64,000 bases of DNA from an uncultured Chloroflexia bacterium (GTDB taxonomy: Bacteria; Chloroflexota; Limnocylindria; Limnocylindrales; CSP1-4): assembly GCA_963763775.1 (NCBI GenBank), contig CAVXPZ010000003.1, positions 807,679 to 871,678 on the forward strand, given 5' to 3'. Positions 1-10,197 of the stretch are shown here, one piece after another (within the stretch, counting starts at the first letter, position 1; every line of letters begins with the position of its first letter). The translations under genes and the position numbers were made by a program. A model generated the notes under the pieces. That model saw only the letters and a list, made by a program, of their open reading frames with translations, had not been told where the DNA came from and searched no databases.

Positions 1-367
1 GGCCGGGCGTACCTGTACGACCCGACCGGGCCGCCATGCCGCGGCCCTCGCCGACGGCAGCGTCGCCGCGGTCCGCCTCGGCGCGGTCCTCGCCGAGCGC
101 GAGGACGGGTCGGCGCGCCTCGCCGAGCTTCGCCGGCTGCTCGAGGACCATCGGGCCGCGGGCTCCGCGCTCGCCGCACGACTCCTCGCGGAGTCGGACC
201 TGCCCGCGGCGATCTGGCTCGTGGAGCCGGTCGTGGCCGCGGTGGCGATCCCCGTGGCCATCCCGGTCGTGGCGTCGCCGCAACCGGACCGCAACCCCAC
301 CGTCGCCGGACCGATGCCGACCGTCCAGCCGCCGCTTCCTACCCTAGACAGTCCAGCCCATCGATAG
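1..367 (+). CDS. gltB: 3' end of glutamate synthase large subunit-like gene (partial, apparent frameshift near 31)
   Basis: Manual translation GRAYLYDPTG, then in the shifted frame ELRRLLEDHRAAGSALAARLL...WLVEP, resembling the GltB C-terminal tail; stop TAG 365-367. Confidence 0.55.
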   Translation, partial: AGRTCTTRPGRHAAALADGSVAAVRLGAVLAEREDGSARLAELRRLLEDHRAAGSALAARLLAESDLPAAIWLVEPVVAAVAIPVAIPVVASPQPDRNPTVAGPMPTVQPPLPTLDSPAHR

Positions 368-383
368 CCGGAAGGTCGCCGCG

Positions 384-605
384 ATGATCCACCCGTCCGA
401 TCCCGAGCTCCGCGGTCAGATCGCCGTCCGCGACGGTCACGGCGCTCCCGTCACGTGTGCCGCGTGCGGCTGTCGCCTGTCGCCGACCGGCGAGGCCTGG
501 TTCCACTTCAATCCGCTGGGCGGCCGCGATGCCCGCGGTTGTCGGGTCAACTGCGCCGACGCGGCGCACGACGTCAGCGGCCAGCCGATCGCCGTCGCCG
601 TCTAG
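384..605 (+). CDS. small Cys/His-rich hypothetical protein (possible Zn-binding)
   Basis: 73-aa ORF with CAAC, WFHF and CRVNC..H; GGAAGG upstream; high-GC3 codon pattern. Confidence 0.65.
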   Translation: MIHPSDPELRGQIAVRDGHGAPVTCAACGCRLSPTGEAWFHFNPLGGRDARGCRVNCADAAHDVSGQPIAVAV

Positions 606-681
606 CGACGCCCGGGCGCCCTCACCGCGAGTGGCGCCCCATCGATCGAACGCACGCCGGCCGTCAGGCCGGCGTCGTGAT

Positions 682-1389
682 TCAGCTCTCGACCACGATC
701 CGGTAGCCGACGCCCCGGACGGCGACCACGTGCGGTCCGCCGGCCGCCTCGACCTTGGCGCGCAGTCGCGCGAGGTGCGGCTTCAGCCAGAGCAGGTCCG
801 GGTCGGTCTCGGCCGGCCAGCCGGCCCGCGCCAGCTGGAGGTGCGGGACGATGTCGCCGTTCGCCCGCACGAGCGCCTCGAGCAGCCGGAACTCGGTGGG
901 CGTGAGCGTCAGCGGGGTCTCGCCGACGCGAGCCTCGTGACGGCCCGGCTCCAGGACGAGCGGCCCGGCCTCGAGCGGTCCGCCGGTCGACCCACCGACG
1001 CCGCTGCGGTCGACGCGCCGCATGATCGCGGCGATGCGAGCCAGCAGCTCGGCCTTGCCGAACGGCTTCGTGAGGTAGTCGTCGGCGCCGAGTCCGAGCG
1101 CGCGGACCTTCGCCGCCTCGCCGCTCTCGCCCGACACGATCATGATCGGCGCCTGGCCGACGGCGCGCATCTGGCCGGCGACGCTGAAGCCGTCCGGCCC
1201 CGGCATCGCGAGATCCAGCAGGACGAGGTCCGGGTGCTCCTCGCGGAACCGCTTGACGGCGGTCAGCCCGTCGTACGCGGTGATGACCTGGTGGCCTTCC
1301 GTGCCGACCAGCGCGGTGACGGCGCCGACCATGGCCGGGTCGTCATCGACGACGAGGATCCGGAGTGGGCGGGTGCTCATGGTGATCAT
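682..1389 (-). CDS. OmpR/KdpE-family response regulator
   Basis: ILVVDDD, DLVLLDLAMPG, GADDYLTKPF, LTPTEFRLL and VRGVGYR winged-helix motifs. Confidence 0.95.
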   Translation of the reverse strand: MITMSTRPLRILVVDDDPAMVGAVTALVGTEGHQVITAYDGLTAVKRFREEHPDLVLLDLAMPGPDGFSVAGQMRAVGQAPIMIVSGESGEAAKVRALGLGADDYLTKPFGKAELLARIAAIMRRVDRSGVGGSTGGPLEAGPLVLEPGRHEARVGETPLTLTPTEFRLLEALVRANGDIVPHLQLARAGWPAETDPDLLWLKPHLARLRAKVEAAGGPHVVAVRGVGYRIVVES

Positions 1390-1407
1390 GGTCCTCTCGA
1401 TCCTGGT

Positions 1408-2709
1408 TCAGACCGCCACAGCGGCGGGAAGTGCGACGACGAAACGGGCGCCGGTCGTGCGAGCGGGCTCGCACCACAGTCGGGCGCCCATGGATTCACC
1501 GAGACGTTTGGCGGCGTACAGCCCGATGCCGGAGCCGCGAGCCGTGTGCGTGTCGCGACGGGCGTACGGCTCGAAGATGCGCTCGCGCCATTCCTCCGGG
1601 ATCCCGGGGCCCTCGTCGCTGACACCGAGCTGGACGACGCCTTCCATGAGCGCCCAGTCGATGGTGATCGTCGTCCCGGGCGGCGCGTACTTCACCGCGT
1701 TCTCGACCAGGTGCTCGAGGATCTGCCGGAGCCGCGGCGGGTCGGCGAGGGCCTGGAGCCGCGGCGTCGGACGCACGTCGACCTGGTGGTTGGCGAGCAG
1801 CGGCTTCACGAAGCGGAGCACCTCGAGGACGCTCGCCTCGATGTCGACCGGGACCACCGCGGCGGCGTCCTCGGGGACGACGCGGACGGACGCGAGGATC
1901 GAGTCCACCAGGCGATCGAGGCGCTCCACCTGCTCGAGCGTCGCCCGGTGCCACTGGGCGCGGGTATCGCGGCGGATGATGTCGCGCGACTGGCGACCGA
2001 CGAGCGGCGGCTCCTCGGCGAGGAGGTCCGTGTAGGCGCGGACCACGGCGAGGGGCGTGCGGAGCTCGTGGGTCACGAGGGCGATGAGCTCGCTCCGAGC
2101 CTCGTCGATGGCCTTGAGCGCCTCGACGCGCGCTTCCGCCTCGCTCTGCTGACGGCCCTTCTCGACGATCCCGGCCAGCAGGTCCGCGACGGCACTCAGC
2201 TGGTCGACGTCGGCCGTGGCGAAGTCTCGCGGCTGCTCCGTCTGGACGTTGAGCACCCCGACGGTCTGGTCGTGCCAGGTCAGCGGCACCGACAGCATCG
2301 AGGCCACGAACCGGCGCTGGTCGATGCCGCGGACCCACAGGAACCGCGGATCCGCCTTGACGTCCGGGATCACGAGCGGGCGCTGCGACGCGGCCACCCG
2401 GCCCGTGACGCCCTCGCCGAACGGGACGCGGGCGCGGCCGATCTGGTAGCGGTCGAGGCCGTTCGTCGCCGCGAGCGTCAGGTACGCTCCATCACGGTCG
2501 AGCAGATACAGGGAGGAGACGTCCGCGTGCAGCGCGTCCCGCGTCCCGTCGACGACGGTCCCGAGCAGCTCATCCCACGTTCTCGCGGTGGTCGCCAGCC
2601 GCAGGACCTGGTGGAGGAAGCGCAGTTGGTCGAGCTGGTCGGGCGCCTTCGCGCGCGCCGTCGGACCGACGGGGGTCGAGCGATCGGAGGCGGACCTGGC
2701 ACTCGGCAT
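1408..2709 (-). CDS. cytoplasmic GAF-domain sensor histidine kinase
   Basis: GAF (GEGVTGRVA, SMLSVPL), H-box THELRTPL, N-box LVENAVKY, DEGPGI, GSGIGLY; no transmembrane segment; start placed at the ATG 7 nt after TAAGGT. Confidence 0.92.
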   Translation of the reverse strand: MPSARSASDRSTPVGPTARAKAPDQLDQLRFLHQVLRLATTARTWDELLGTVVDGTRDALHADVSSLYLLDRDGAYLTLAATNGLDRYQIGRARVPFGEGVTGRVAASQRPLVIPDVKADPRFLWVRGIDQRRFVASMLSVPLTWHDQTVGVLNVQTEQPRDFATADVDQLSAVADLLAGIVEKGRQQSEAEARVEALKAIDEARSELIALVTHELRTPLAVVRAYTDLLAEEPPLVGRQSRDIIRRDTRAQWHRATLEQVERLDRLVDSILASVRVVPEDAAAVVPVDIEASVLEVLRFVKPLLANHQVDVRPTPRLQALADPPRLRQILEHLVENAVKYAPPGTTITIDWALMEGVVQLGVSDEGPGIPEEWRERIFEPYARRDTHTARGSGIGLYAAKRLGESMGARLWCEPARTTGARFVVALPAAVAV

Positions 2710-2804
2710 GGCCATCACCTTACAAGCGTAGGGAAGGTTCGCCCCGAGAAAGGTTGCGGTGAGGGAAAGGTTGCGACCCGGTCCGGTCCGCAACGTGGGG
2801 CCGC

Positions 2805-5604
2805 GTGAGTACCGCCCCGCGCCGCCGATCGTCGGTCGAGGTCCGCCCCGAGCCGGGCGGGATCGGGACCGCCGGCGCGCACGACACGCTCGCGACCGAG
2901 GTGCGGCTGCTCGGCTCGCTGCTCGGCCAGGTGGTCGTGGAGCAGGCCGGGCCGGAGATCTTCGACCTCGTGGAGCGCATCCGGCGGCGGGCCATCGCGC
3001 TGCGTCAGGACGACGATCCCGAGGAGCGCGCCAAGCTCGACGCCGACCTCGCCGAGCTCGACCTGGAGACGGCCGAGGCGGTCATCACGGCGTTCGCGCT
3101 CTACTTCCAGCTGGTGAACCTGGTGGAGGCGCGCGGGCGAGTGCGGGCGCTGCGACGCCGCGAGCGGGCCGCCCGGGACGGCATCCTCGACGACTCGCTG
3201 GCCGAGGCCGTCGCCGAGCTCCGCAAGCAGGGACGGTCCGACGAAGACCTCGATGCGCTCATCCGGTCGCTCTCGATCTCGCTCGTCCTGACGGCGCACC
3301 CGACGGAGGCGCGGCGCCGGACCGCGCTCGTGGCGTTGCGCCGCTGCGCGCTGCTCCTCGAGCGGCTCGACGACCCGCGGCTGACGCGGTCGGAGGACCG
3401 CGACGTCCGCCGCCGCCTGCGCGAGGAGATCACGCTCCTGTGGCGGACGTCCGACCTGCGGACGGTGGCGCCCTCGCCGCTCGATGAGGCGCGAACCGCC
3501 ATGGCGTTCTTCGACGGGACGCTGTTCACGCTGGTCCCGCGGCTGTACCGCGTGCTCGACGGGGCGCTGGACCCGGTCTCGACCCGGCGCAGCGTCTCGG
3601 GCGCGGCCACGGACGCCGGCCGGACCGGGACGCGGCCGCCGCGCGTCGGGCCGTACCTGCACTGGGGCAGCTGGATCGGGAGCGACCGCGACGGCAACCC
3701 GGGCGTCACCGCCGACATCACGGAGCGCACGATCCGGATCCAGTCCGACCACATCCTGCACGGCTACGAGGCCGTGGCCACCCGGCTCATGCAGACCGTG
3801 GCCGCGGCCACCACCGCGGACCTCGTCGCCCGCCCGCTCGCGAACCGGCTCGCCCGCGATGCCGAGGAGCTCCCCGAGACCGATCGCCAGCTCCGCCGTC
3901 GATTCCCCGAGGAGCCGTACCGGCAGCGGTTCGGGTTCATGGCCGAACGGCTGCGGCGGACGCGAGCCGCGCTGACCGGCGAGCCTGCGCCTCGCTCGGG
4001 TCGGTACGCGACAGCCGCCGAGTTGGACGAGGAGCTCCTCGAACTCCAGGAAGCGCTGGCGGCGGACGGCCTCGCGCGGGTCGCCTGGGGCGAGGTAGCC
4101 GACTTCCGCTGGCAGGTCGGCACGTTCGGGTTCCACCTGGCGTCGCTCGAGGTCCGGCAGCACGCGTCCGTCCATCGCGCGGCCCTCGAGGCACTGCGGG
4201 CCGGCGTCCCGGGGTCGACCGAGGTCGCCGCCGAGGTGCCGCTCGAGGAGGTCCTCGGCACCTTCGCGGCCATCGCCGCGATCCAGGCGCATCACGGCGT
4301 CGATGCCTGCCACCGCGTCATCGTCAGCTTCACGTCGGCCGCCCAAGACGTGATCGACGTGCTGGAGCTGGCCCGGATCGGCGTCGGGGAAGACGCCCCG
4401 CCGCCGGTGCTGGACGTCATCCCCCTGTTCGAATCGTCCGACGCGCTGCTCACGGCCGGCCCGATCCTCGCGGCGTTGCTGGGCGATCCTGCGTATCGGG
4501 CGCACCTGGCCGCGCGCGGCGACCGCCAGGAAGTGATGCTCGGGTACTCGGACTCCAACAAGGAATCGGGGTTCCTGGCGGCCGCCTGGATGCTCCATCT
4601 CGCGCAGTCAGGGCTGGTCGAGGTCGCCAGGCGGGAAGGGCATCGAGCTGACGCTCTTCCATGGGCGCGGCGGCGCCATCGGCCGTGGTGGCGGGCCGAC
4701 CAACCGGGCGATCCTCGGGCAGGCGCCCGGGTCGGTGGACGGCCGGCTCAAGCTCACGGAGCAGGGCGAGGTCATCGCCGCGCACTACTCCGACCCGGTC
4801 ATCGCGCGACGGCATCTCGAGCAGGTCTCGGCGGCCGTGCTGCTCGCGTCGACCCCGGAGCACGACGCATCGCTCGCCGGATCCGTAGCGCTGGCGACGC
4901 CGATCATGGACGAGCTCTCGGCGACCTCCCGGGCCGCGTATCGCGCACTCGTCCACGACGACCCGGGCTTCGCCGCATTCTTCCGCGACATCACGCCGAT
5001 CGCGGAGCTGGCCGGCCTGCGTCTTGGATCGCGTCCGGCGGCCCGAGGACGCTCCGAGGGCGCGCCGTCCATCGACAGCCTCCGGGCGATCCCCTGGACG
5101 TTCGCGTGGACGCAGTCCCGGATCAACCTCCCGGGCTGGTACGGGCTGGGAACGGCGCTCGAGGCCTATCGGGTGGCGCACGGGGAGGCCGGCCTCGACG
5201 CGGTGGCGCGGCTCGCGCGCGACTGGCCGTTCCTGCGGAGCCTCCTCGACAACGCCGAGATGAGCCTCGCCAAGGCGGACATGGGCGTCGCCCGGCTGTA
5301 CGCGGGGCTCGCGAACGGCGAGGGCGATGCGCGTCGCTGGGCCGCGATCGAGACCGAATACCACCGGACCGTGACCCTCCTGCGGCGGGTGACCGGCCGG
5401 GAGCGGCTGCTCGACGAGGCCCCGGTGCTCCAGCGGTCGATCGCCCTGCGGAACCCGTACGTCGATTCCCTGTCCGAGCTCCAGGTCCGGCTGCTGGCCC
5501 GCCTCCGCTCCCTGCCTGCCGGCGATCCGGAACGAGGACGCGTGCTGCGGCTCGTGCAGCTCACCGTGAACGGCGTGGCGGCCGGGCTCCAGACGACCGG
5601 CTGA
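2805..5604 (+). CDS. ppc: phosphoenolpyruvate carboxylase (frameshift near 4640)
   Basis: VLTAHPTE, SWIGSDRDGNP, QEVMLGYSDSNKE; in the next frame FHGRGG, LKLTEQGE, LRAIPW, LRNPY and GLQTTG. Confidence 0.95.
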
Positions 5605-5616
5605 GGCTGGCAGCCC

Positions 5617-6172
5617 GTGGATCATGCGGATCATGTCGGGTTGCTCCGCGCAGGCGTGCCGTCGCCGGGCGGGACGTGGGCCGACATCGGGGCGGGGGAG
5701 GGGGCCTTCACCCTCGCGCTCGCGGACCTGCTCGGGCCCGGCGCGACCATCGTCGCCGTCGACCGCGACGCGGGATCCCTCCGCACCAACGCCCGGGCCG
5801 TCGCGGCGAGGTTCCCGGCGACGTCGCTCGAGACGGTGGTCGGGGACCTGACCGGGCCGCTCGACCTCCCGTCCCTCGATGGGCTCGTCGCCGCGAACAG
5901 CCTGCACTTCGTCGCGCGTGATCGGCAGGTCTCGGTCGTCCGCGGCCTGGCGGCGCTCGTCCGCCCCGGCGGGACGTTCCTGGTCGTCGAGTACGACGCC
6001 GACCGCGGCAATCCGTGGGTGCCGAACCCCTTCTCGTTCGCGTCGTGGGAGCGTCTGGCGGTCGCCGCGGGGTTGGCCGAGACGCGGTTGATCGGCCGCG
6101 TGCCGAGCCGGTTCCTCGGGGCGATCTACGCGGCCGCGAGCGTCGTGCCGGGAGGCGCAACCGGACCGCTGA
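5617..6172 (+). CDS. class I SAM-dependent methyltransferase (3' end uncertain)
   Basis: WADIGAGEG motif I, VAVDRD, ANSLHF, VRPGGTFLVVEY; similarity ends near IYAAAS although the frame runs on without a stop. Confidence 0.8.
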
Positions 6173-6340
6173 GCGCGTGGCGGTCGGCGCACGCCTCGTC
6201 GGGCGGAGCGTCCTCACGACCCTCTCAGAGGCCGTCGCCAAGGTCCGGTGCAGGTTCGTCCAGGGGAGGGCCACCCGGGGGCCGCCGATGGATCGAACGT
6301 GACCCGCGTCATCACGAAGGACCTGCACAAGGAGAAGTCC

Positions 6341-6691
6341 ATGGAGTACACCTACGCGCCGATCGAGCCGATCGAGCCGACGGCGTCGGCCCTGCCGGCG
6401 CCGTCGGAGGTGGTCGCTCCCGCGGCGACCCGACTCGGCGGGACCCGTCGGGCCGTCATCACCGCGGCGGTCTCGGCCCTGCTCCTCGTGGGCGGGGGCG
6501 TGGCCGCCGTGTCGGCCGCCAGCCCGGCGCCGTCGACCGCACCGGGCGTCACCGCGCCGTCCGGCGGTGGGACGGCCCCCGGTGGGACCCCGCACGCCGG
6601 TCGGTCGACCGCGAACTGCCCGAACATGGGCGGCAGCGGTGGATCGAGCGGCTCGTCCGGGACCACCCCGGCGCCGACCCCGGCCACCTAG
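6341..6691 (+). CDS. small secreted or membrane-anchored low-complexity protein
   Basis: AAGGAG RBS before ATG; RR followed by a hydrophobic stretch ending VSAA; Pro/Gly/Ser-rich tail containing NCPNM. Confidence 0.7.
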   Translation: MEYTYAPIEPIEPTASALPAPSEVVAPAATRLGGTRRAVITAAVSALLLVGGGVAAVSAASPAPSTAPGVTAPSGGGTAPGGTPHAGRSTANCPNMGGSGGSSGSSGTTPAPTPAT

Positions 6692-6795
6692 GCCGATCGA
6701 ACCTGGCGGCTCGCTTCGGCGGGCCGTCAGGTCGACGTCCTGACCCATGGTGGAAGATGGCACCGTCCACCACGACCCCTGCGAGGCGCGCATCG

Positions 6796-7704
6796 ATGCC
6801 CGACCGAGCGTCCTTCACGATCGACCCGATGGGTCCGTTCTCCCTCGCGGAGGCGGCGATGTTCGGGTTCGGCCAGCGGCACGAGACCCGGTTCGACGGC
6901 ACGATGCGCCTCGCCTTCTGCGTCGACGGGTACCGCGCGCAGGTCGGCGTCGCGGTCACGCAGGACGAGGCCGGTCTCGTCCACGGCGCGATCGCCGAGG
7001 GCGCCGTCGGTCAGCCGTCGGTCGAGGCCGTCCGCGCGCAGGTCGCCCGCGTGCTCTCGATCGACCACGACGCCGCCGGGTACGTGGCCGTGGGCGACCG
7101 CGACCCGGTCATCGCTCGGCTGCTCGCTGCCGCGCCGGGTCTGCGACCGCCGCTGTTCTACTCGCCGTACGAGGCTGCCCTCTGGGCCGTCCTGAGCGCC
7201 CGACGTCCCGCGGCCACCGCCGAGGCGTGGCGTAGACGGCTCTCGCAGACGCTCGGCGCGGCGGCCACGGTCGCGGGCACCGAGATGTGGGCCGTCCCCC
7301 AGCCGGCACGGATCGTGGACGCCGGCGCCGGCCGGATCGCCTCGGAGACCGGCGTGGACGCCACGCGCGCCGAGCGGGTCGTCGCCGTCGCCGAGGCGGG
7401 CCTCGACGGGCGACTCGATGCCGGGCGGCTCGCCGCCATGGACGTGGACGCGGCTCGGGCGAGCCTGCGGACGATCCCGGGCATCGGCCCGTTCTACGCC
7501 GACCTCATCCTGATCCGGGCGACCGGGATCACCGACCTGCTGCCGACGAACGAACCGCGGATGCTCGCCCTCATCGGCGAGCTCTACGACCTCGGCGGGC
7601 CGGCGACGGTCGCCCAGGCCGAGGCGATCGCCGGAACGTGGCGCCCGTGGCGCACGTGGGTCGCGGTGCTGGTGCGCGCGGCGGGTCCGCGAGTCCTCGG
7701 CTAG
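6796..7704 (+). CDS. alkA: DNA-3-methyladenine glycosylase II (HhH-GPD family)
   Basis: PGLRPPLFYSPYEA, HhH motif LRTIPGIGPFYA, WRPWRTW. Confidence 0.85.
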   Translation: MPDRASFTIDPMGPFSLAEAAMFGFGQRHETRFDGTMRLAFCVDGYRAQVGVAVTQDEAGLVHGAIAEGAVGQPSVEAVRAQVARVLSIDHDAAGYVAVGDRDPVIARLLAAAPGLRPPLFYSPYEAALWAVLSARRPAATAEAWRRRLSQTLGAAATVAGTEMWAVPQPARIVDAGAGRIASETGVDATRAERVVAVAEAGLDGRLDAGRLAAMDVDAARASLRTIPGIGPFYADLILIRATGITDLLPTNEPRMLALIGELYDLGGPATVAQAEAIAGTWRPWRTWVAVLVRAAGPRVLG

Positions 7705-7738
7705 CCCGCGTCGGTCAGGCGCTGAGTCGCGCCGCCTC

Positions 7739-8938
7739 TCAGCCCGCGAGTCGACGGGCGAGGGCGGCCCCGAGCCGCTCGTAGTCGGCGGGCTCGTTGT
7801 AGCGCTGCGCGGAGATCCGCATGAGGACCTGCCCGGGAGCTGCGCCCACGGCCGATCGAGCGGCCGGCACCGGCCAGCCACCGATCGGGACCTCGATGCC
7901 GTCCTCGTCGTACAGGGCCGTGGCCAGGTCGAGCGCCGCGCGGTCGGTCGTCACGCCGGGCAGCGGGATCGCCGCCATCGACCCGAGCATCGAGGCAGGC
8001 GCCGGGGCCTCGATCCCCAGCGCGGCGCAGACCGTGTCGCGGCCGGCCGAGACCACGCGGTGGTTCGTCGCCATGACCTCCGGCCATCCGCCGGGAACCT
8101 GTGCGCCCATCCAATCGATGGCGGCGGGCAGCGTCAGATAGGCGGTCGGGTCGGCGGTCCCGGTCCAATCGAACTCGTGGCGGAACCGGGTCCGGTCGTC
8201 CGTCAGCGGCGCGTTCGACCCGTGCGAGATCACCAGGGGCCGGACCGAGTCGCGCAGGTCCGCACGGACCCAGAACACGCCGGCGCCCTTCGGCGCGCAC
8301 GGCCACTTGTGGCCGTTGCCGGTCCAGTAGGCGGCACCGAGCGCGTCGACGTCGACCGGCACCATCCCCGGGGCGTGCGCCGCGTCCACCAGCGTCTCGA
8401 TGCCGCGTGCGGCGAACTCACGGACGAGCCGCTCCACGGGGAAGACCAGGGCCGTCGGGCTCGTGATGTGGCTGATCACCAGGAGCCGCGTGCGGGACGT
8501 GATCGCTGCGAGGTGGGCGTCCACGACCTCGTCCTCGCTCGCGATCGGGAACGGGACCGGCGCGACCACGACGGCCGCCCCGGCCGGTGTCGCCACGGCT
8601 CGCATCGCGTTGATCGTCGCGTTGTACTCGTGGTCGTTGGTGAGCAGCTCGTCCCCCGGCTGGAGGCTGAGGCTTCGGAGGGCCGTGTTCACCCCGGCCG
8701 TGGCATTCGGCACGAACGCGATCCCTTCGGGGTCCGCGTGCAGGAACGCCCCGACGGCCTCGCGCGCCTCGCCGAGCCGCGCGTCGAGCTCGCGTGTCAG
8801 GAACCGGATCGGCTCCGCCTCGAGCCGGTCGCGCCACTCGCGCTGGACGGCCAGCACGTCGGTCGGGCACGCGCCGTACGACCCGTGGTTCAGGAAGACG
8901 ATGTCGGGTCGGAGCTGCCAGCCCAGATCGGTACGCAT
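7739..8938 (-). CDS. class V PLP-dependent aminotransferase/lyase (isopenicillin N epimerase-like)
   Basis: FLNHGSYGA, VPNAT, SHITSPTA, VDAAHAPG, GNGHKW (PLP lysine). Confidence 0.9.
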   Translation of the reverse strand: MRTDLGWQLRPDIVFLNHGSYGACPTDVLAVQREWRDRLEAEPIRFLTRELDARLGEAREAVGAFLHADPEGIAFVPNATAGVNTALRSLSLQPGDELLTNDHEYNATINAMRAVATPAGAAVVVAPVPFPIASEDEVVDAHLAAITSRTRLLVISHITSPTALVFPVERLVREFAARGIETLVDAAHAPGMVPVDVDALGAAYWTGNGHKWPCAPKGAGVFWVRADLRDSVRPLVISHGSNAPLTDDRTRFRHEFDWTGTADPTAYLTLPAAIDWMGAQVPGGWPEVMATNHRVVSAGRDTVCAALGIEAPAPASMLGSMAAIPLPGVTTDRAALDLATALYDEDGIEVPIGGWPVPAARSAVGAAPGQVLMRISAQRYNEPADYERLGAALARRLAG

Positions 8939-8976
8939 CGGTGGGTCGTTGCCTCGCTGTCCTTCGGATGGTCGAT

Positions 8977-9336
8977 CTAGGAGGGGTCGTGTGGCTGGTC
9001 GGGCGGGGTGACGTCCTTCACGGGTCGCCCGTCCGCACCCGGACCGTCCTTGCCGCCGCGACGTCCGCCTGACCCCCCGCGGCCGCGTGTCAGGAACCGG
9101 CCGACTCGGTCCGGCGCCGCGACGAATGGCGCGAGGTACGCGAGGATCAGGATCGGCACGACGAACCGGGCGCCGATCGGGCGGATGGCGACGAACATCG
9201 CGAAGAGCCAGAGGATGACCGCGTAGGTGCCGACGGCGACCGAGGTCAGCCCGGCGAGCTGGAGGCGTCGCGCGGGCAGCAGGACGAGCAGCGCCACGAC
9301 CAGCCCGAGACCGAGCAGCCAGGGCGCCGGGAGCAC
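8977..9336 (-). CDS. hypothetical membrane protein
   Basis: Three hydrophobic segments and a basic C-terminal tail; co-oriented in the operon. Confidence 0.65.
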   Translation of the reverse strand: MLPAPWLLGLGLVVALLVLLPARRLQLAGLTSVAVGTYAVILWLFAMFVAIRPIGARFVVPILILAYLAPFVAAPDRVGRFLTRGRGGSGGRRGGKDGPGADGRPVKDVTPPDQPHDPS

Positions 9337-9337
9337 G

Positions 9338-10197
9338 TCAGCGGCTCAGCGATCGGTAGCGGCGGATGCCGAGCGGCGCGAAGATCGCGACGATGACGAT
9401 GACCCAGATGATCGTGACGAGGATCGGCTGCTGGGTCGCCGGGCGAGTCGGCCGCGAGGACCGACGGGTTCGGGTTGCCCCACAGCTCGCGGAGCGACAC
9501 GGTCAGCGTGCTCACCGGGTTCCACACCGCGAACGGCTGCAGCCAGTCGGGCAGCGCCGCGAGCGGCACGAAGGCGGTCGAGACGAACGTGATCGGGAAG
9601 AGGATGGTGAACGAGACCTGCTGCGCGACTTCGACCGACGGGACCGACGCCCCGAGCCAGATCCCGATCCACGACATCGCGAAGGCGAAGAGCAGGAGCA
9701 ACGCGACGCCTTCGAGGAGCGCGACGATCCCGTTGTGGATCGTCCAGCCGACCGCGAAGCCGGTCACCATCGAGGACGACGAGGATGCCGGCGTTGTACA
9801 CGACATCGGCGACGGACCGGCCGGTCAACACCGCCGAGCGGGCCATCGGCAACGAGCGGAACCGGTCGACGATGCCCTTGTTGATGTCGTCGCACATCCC
9901 GATGGCGGTGGTCGCCGCCGCGAAGACGATGGTCTGGGCGAAGATGCCCGGCATCAGGTACTCGCGGTAGGCCGATGGACCCGAGTAGCCGGGCAGCGCG
10001 ATCGCGCCGCCGAACACGAACGCGAACAGCAGCACGAACATGATCGACTGGAAGATCGCGAAGATCGCGAGCTCCGGGATGCGCGGGATCCGCTTGAGGT
10101 TCCGCCAGGTGATGATCAGCCCGTCCGCGACCGCGCCGCGGAGGCCGCCAGCCGGGACCGGGGCGCCGGTCGTCGTGGGTCGCGTGGCCGCGGTCAT
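9338..10197 (-). CDS. DrrB-like ABC-2 exporter permease (two frameshifts)
   Basis: WRNLKRIPRIPE, FAFVFGGAI, GIVDRFRSLPMAR, then FVSTAFVP...WNPVS in other frames; ATGA overlap with the ATPase gene. Confidence 0.85.

Noticed and set aside
457-2808. Long antisense and alternate-frame ORFs (e.g. 457-2808, 9346-11934, 33939-36422, 47660-49771)
   Set aside because: Arg/Pro/Gly-rich shadows of real genes, expected at this GC content.
5617-7704. 695-aa methyltransferase-AlkA fusion ORF
   Set aside because: The middle is off-frame sequence overlapping a separate gene (6341-6691) with its own RBS; likely a lost stop plus high-GC read-through.
7739-8938. Beta-lactam or ergothioneine biosynthesis cluster around the PLP enzyme
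   Set aside because: No other pathway genes nearby; the family is widespread as a stand-alone gene.
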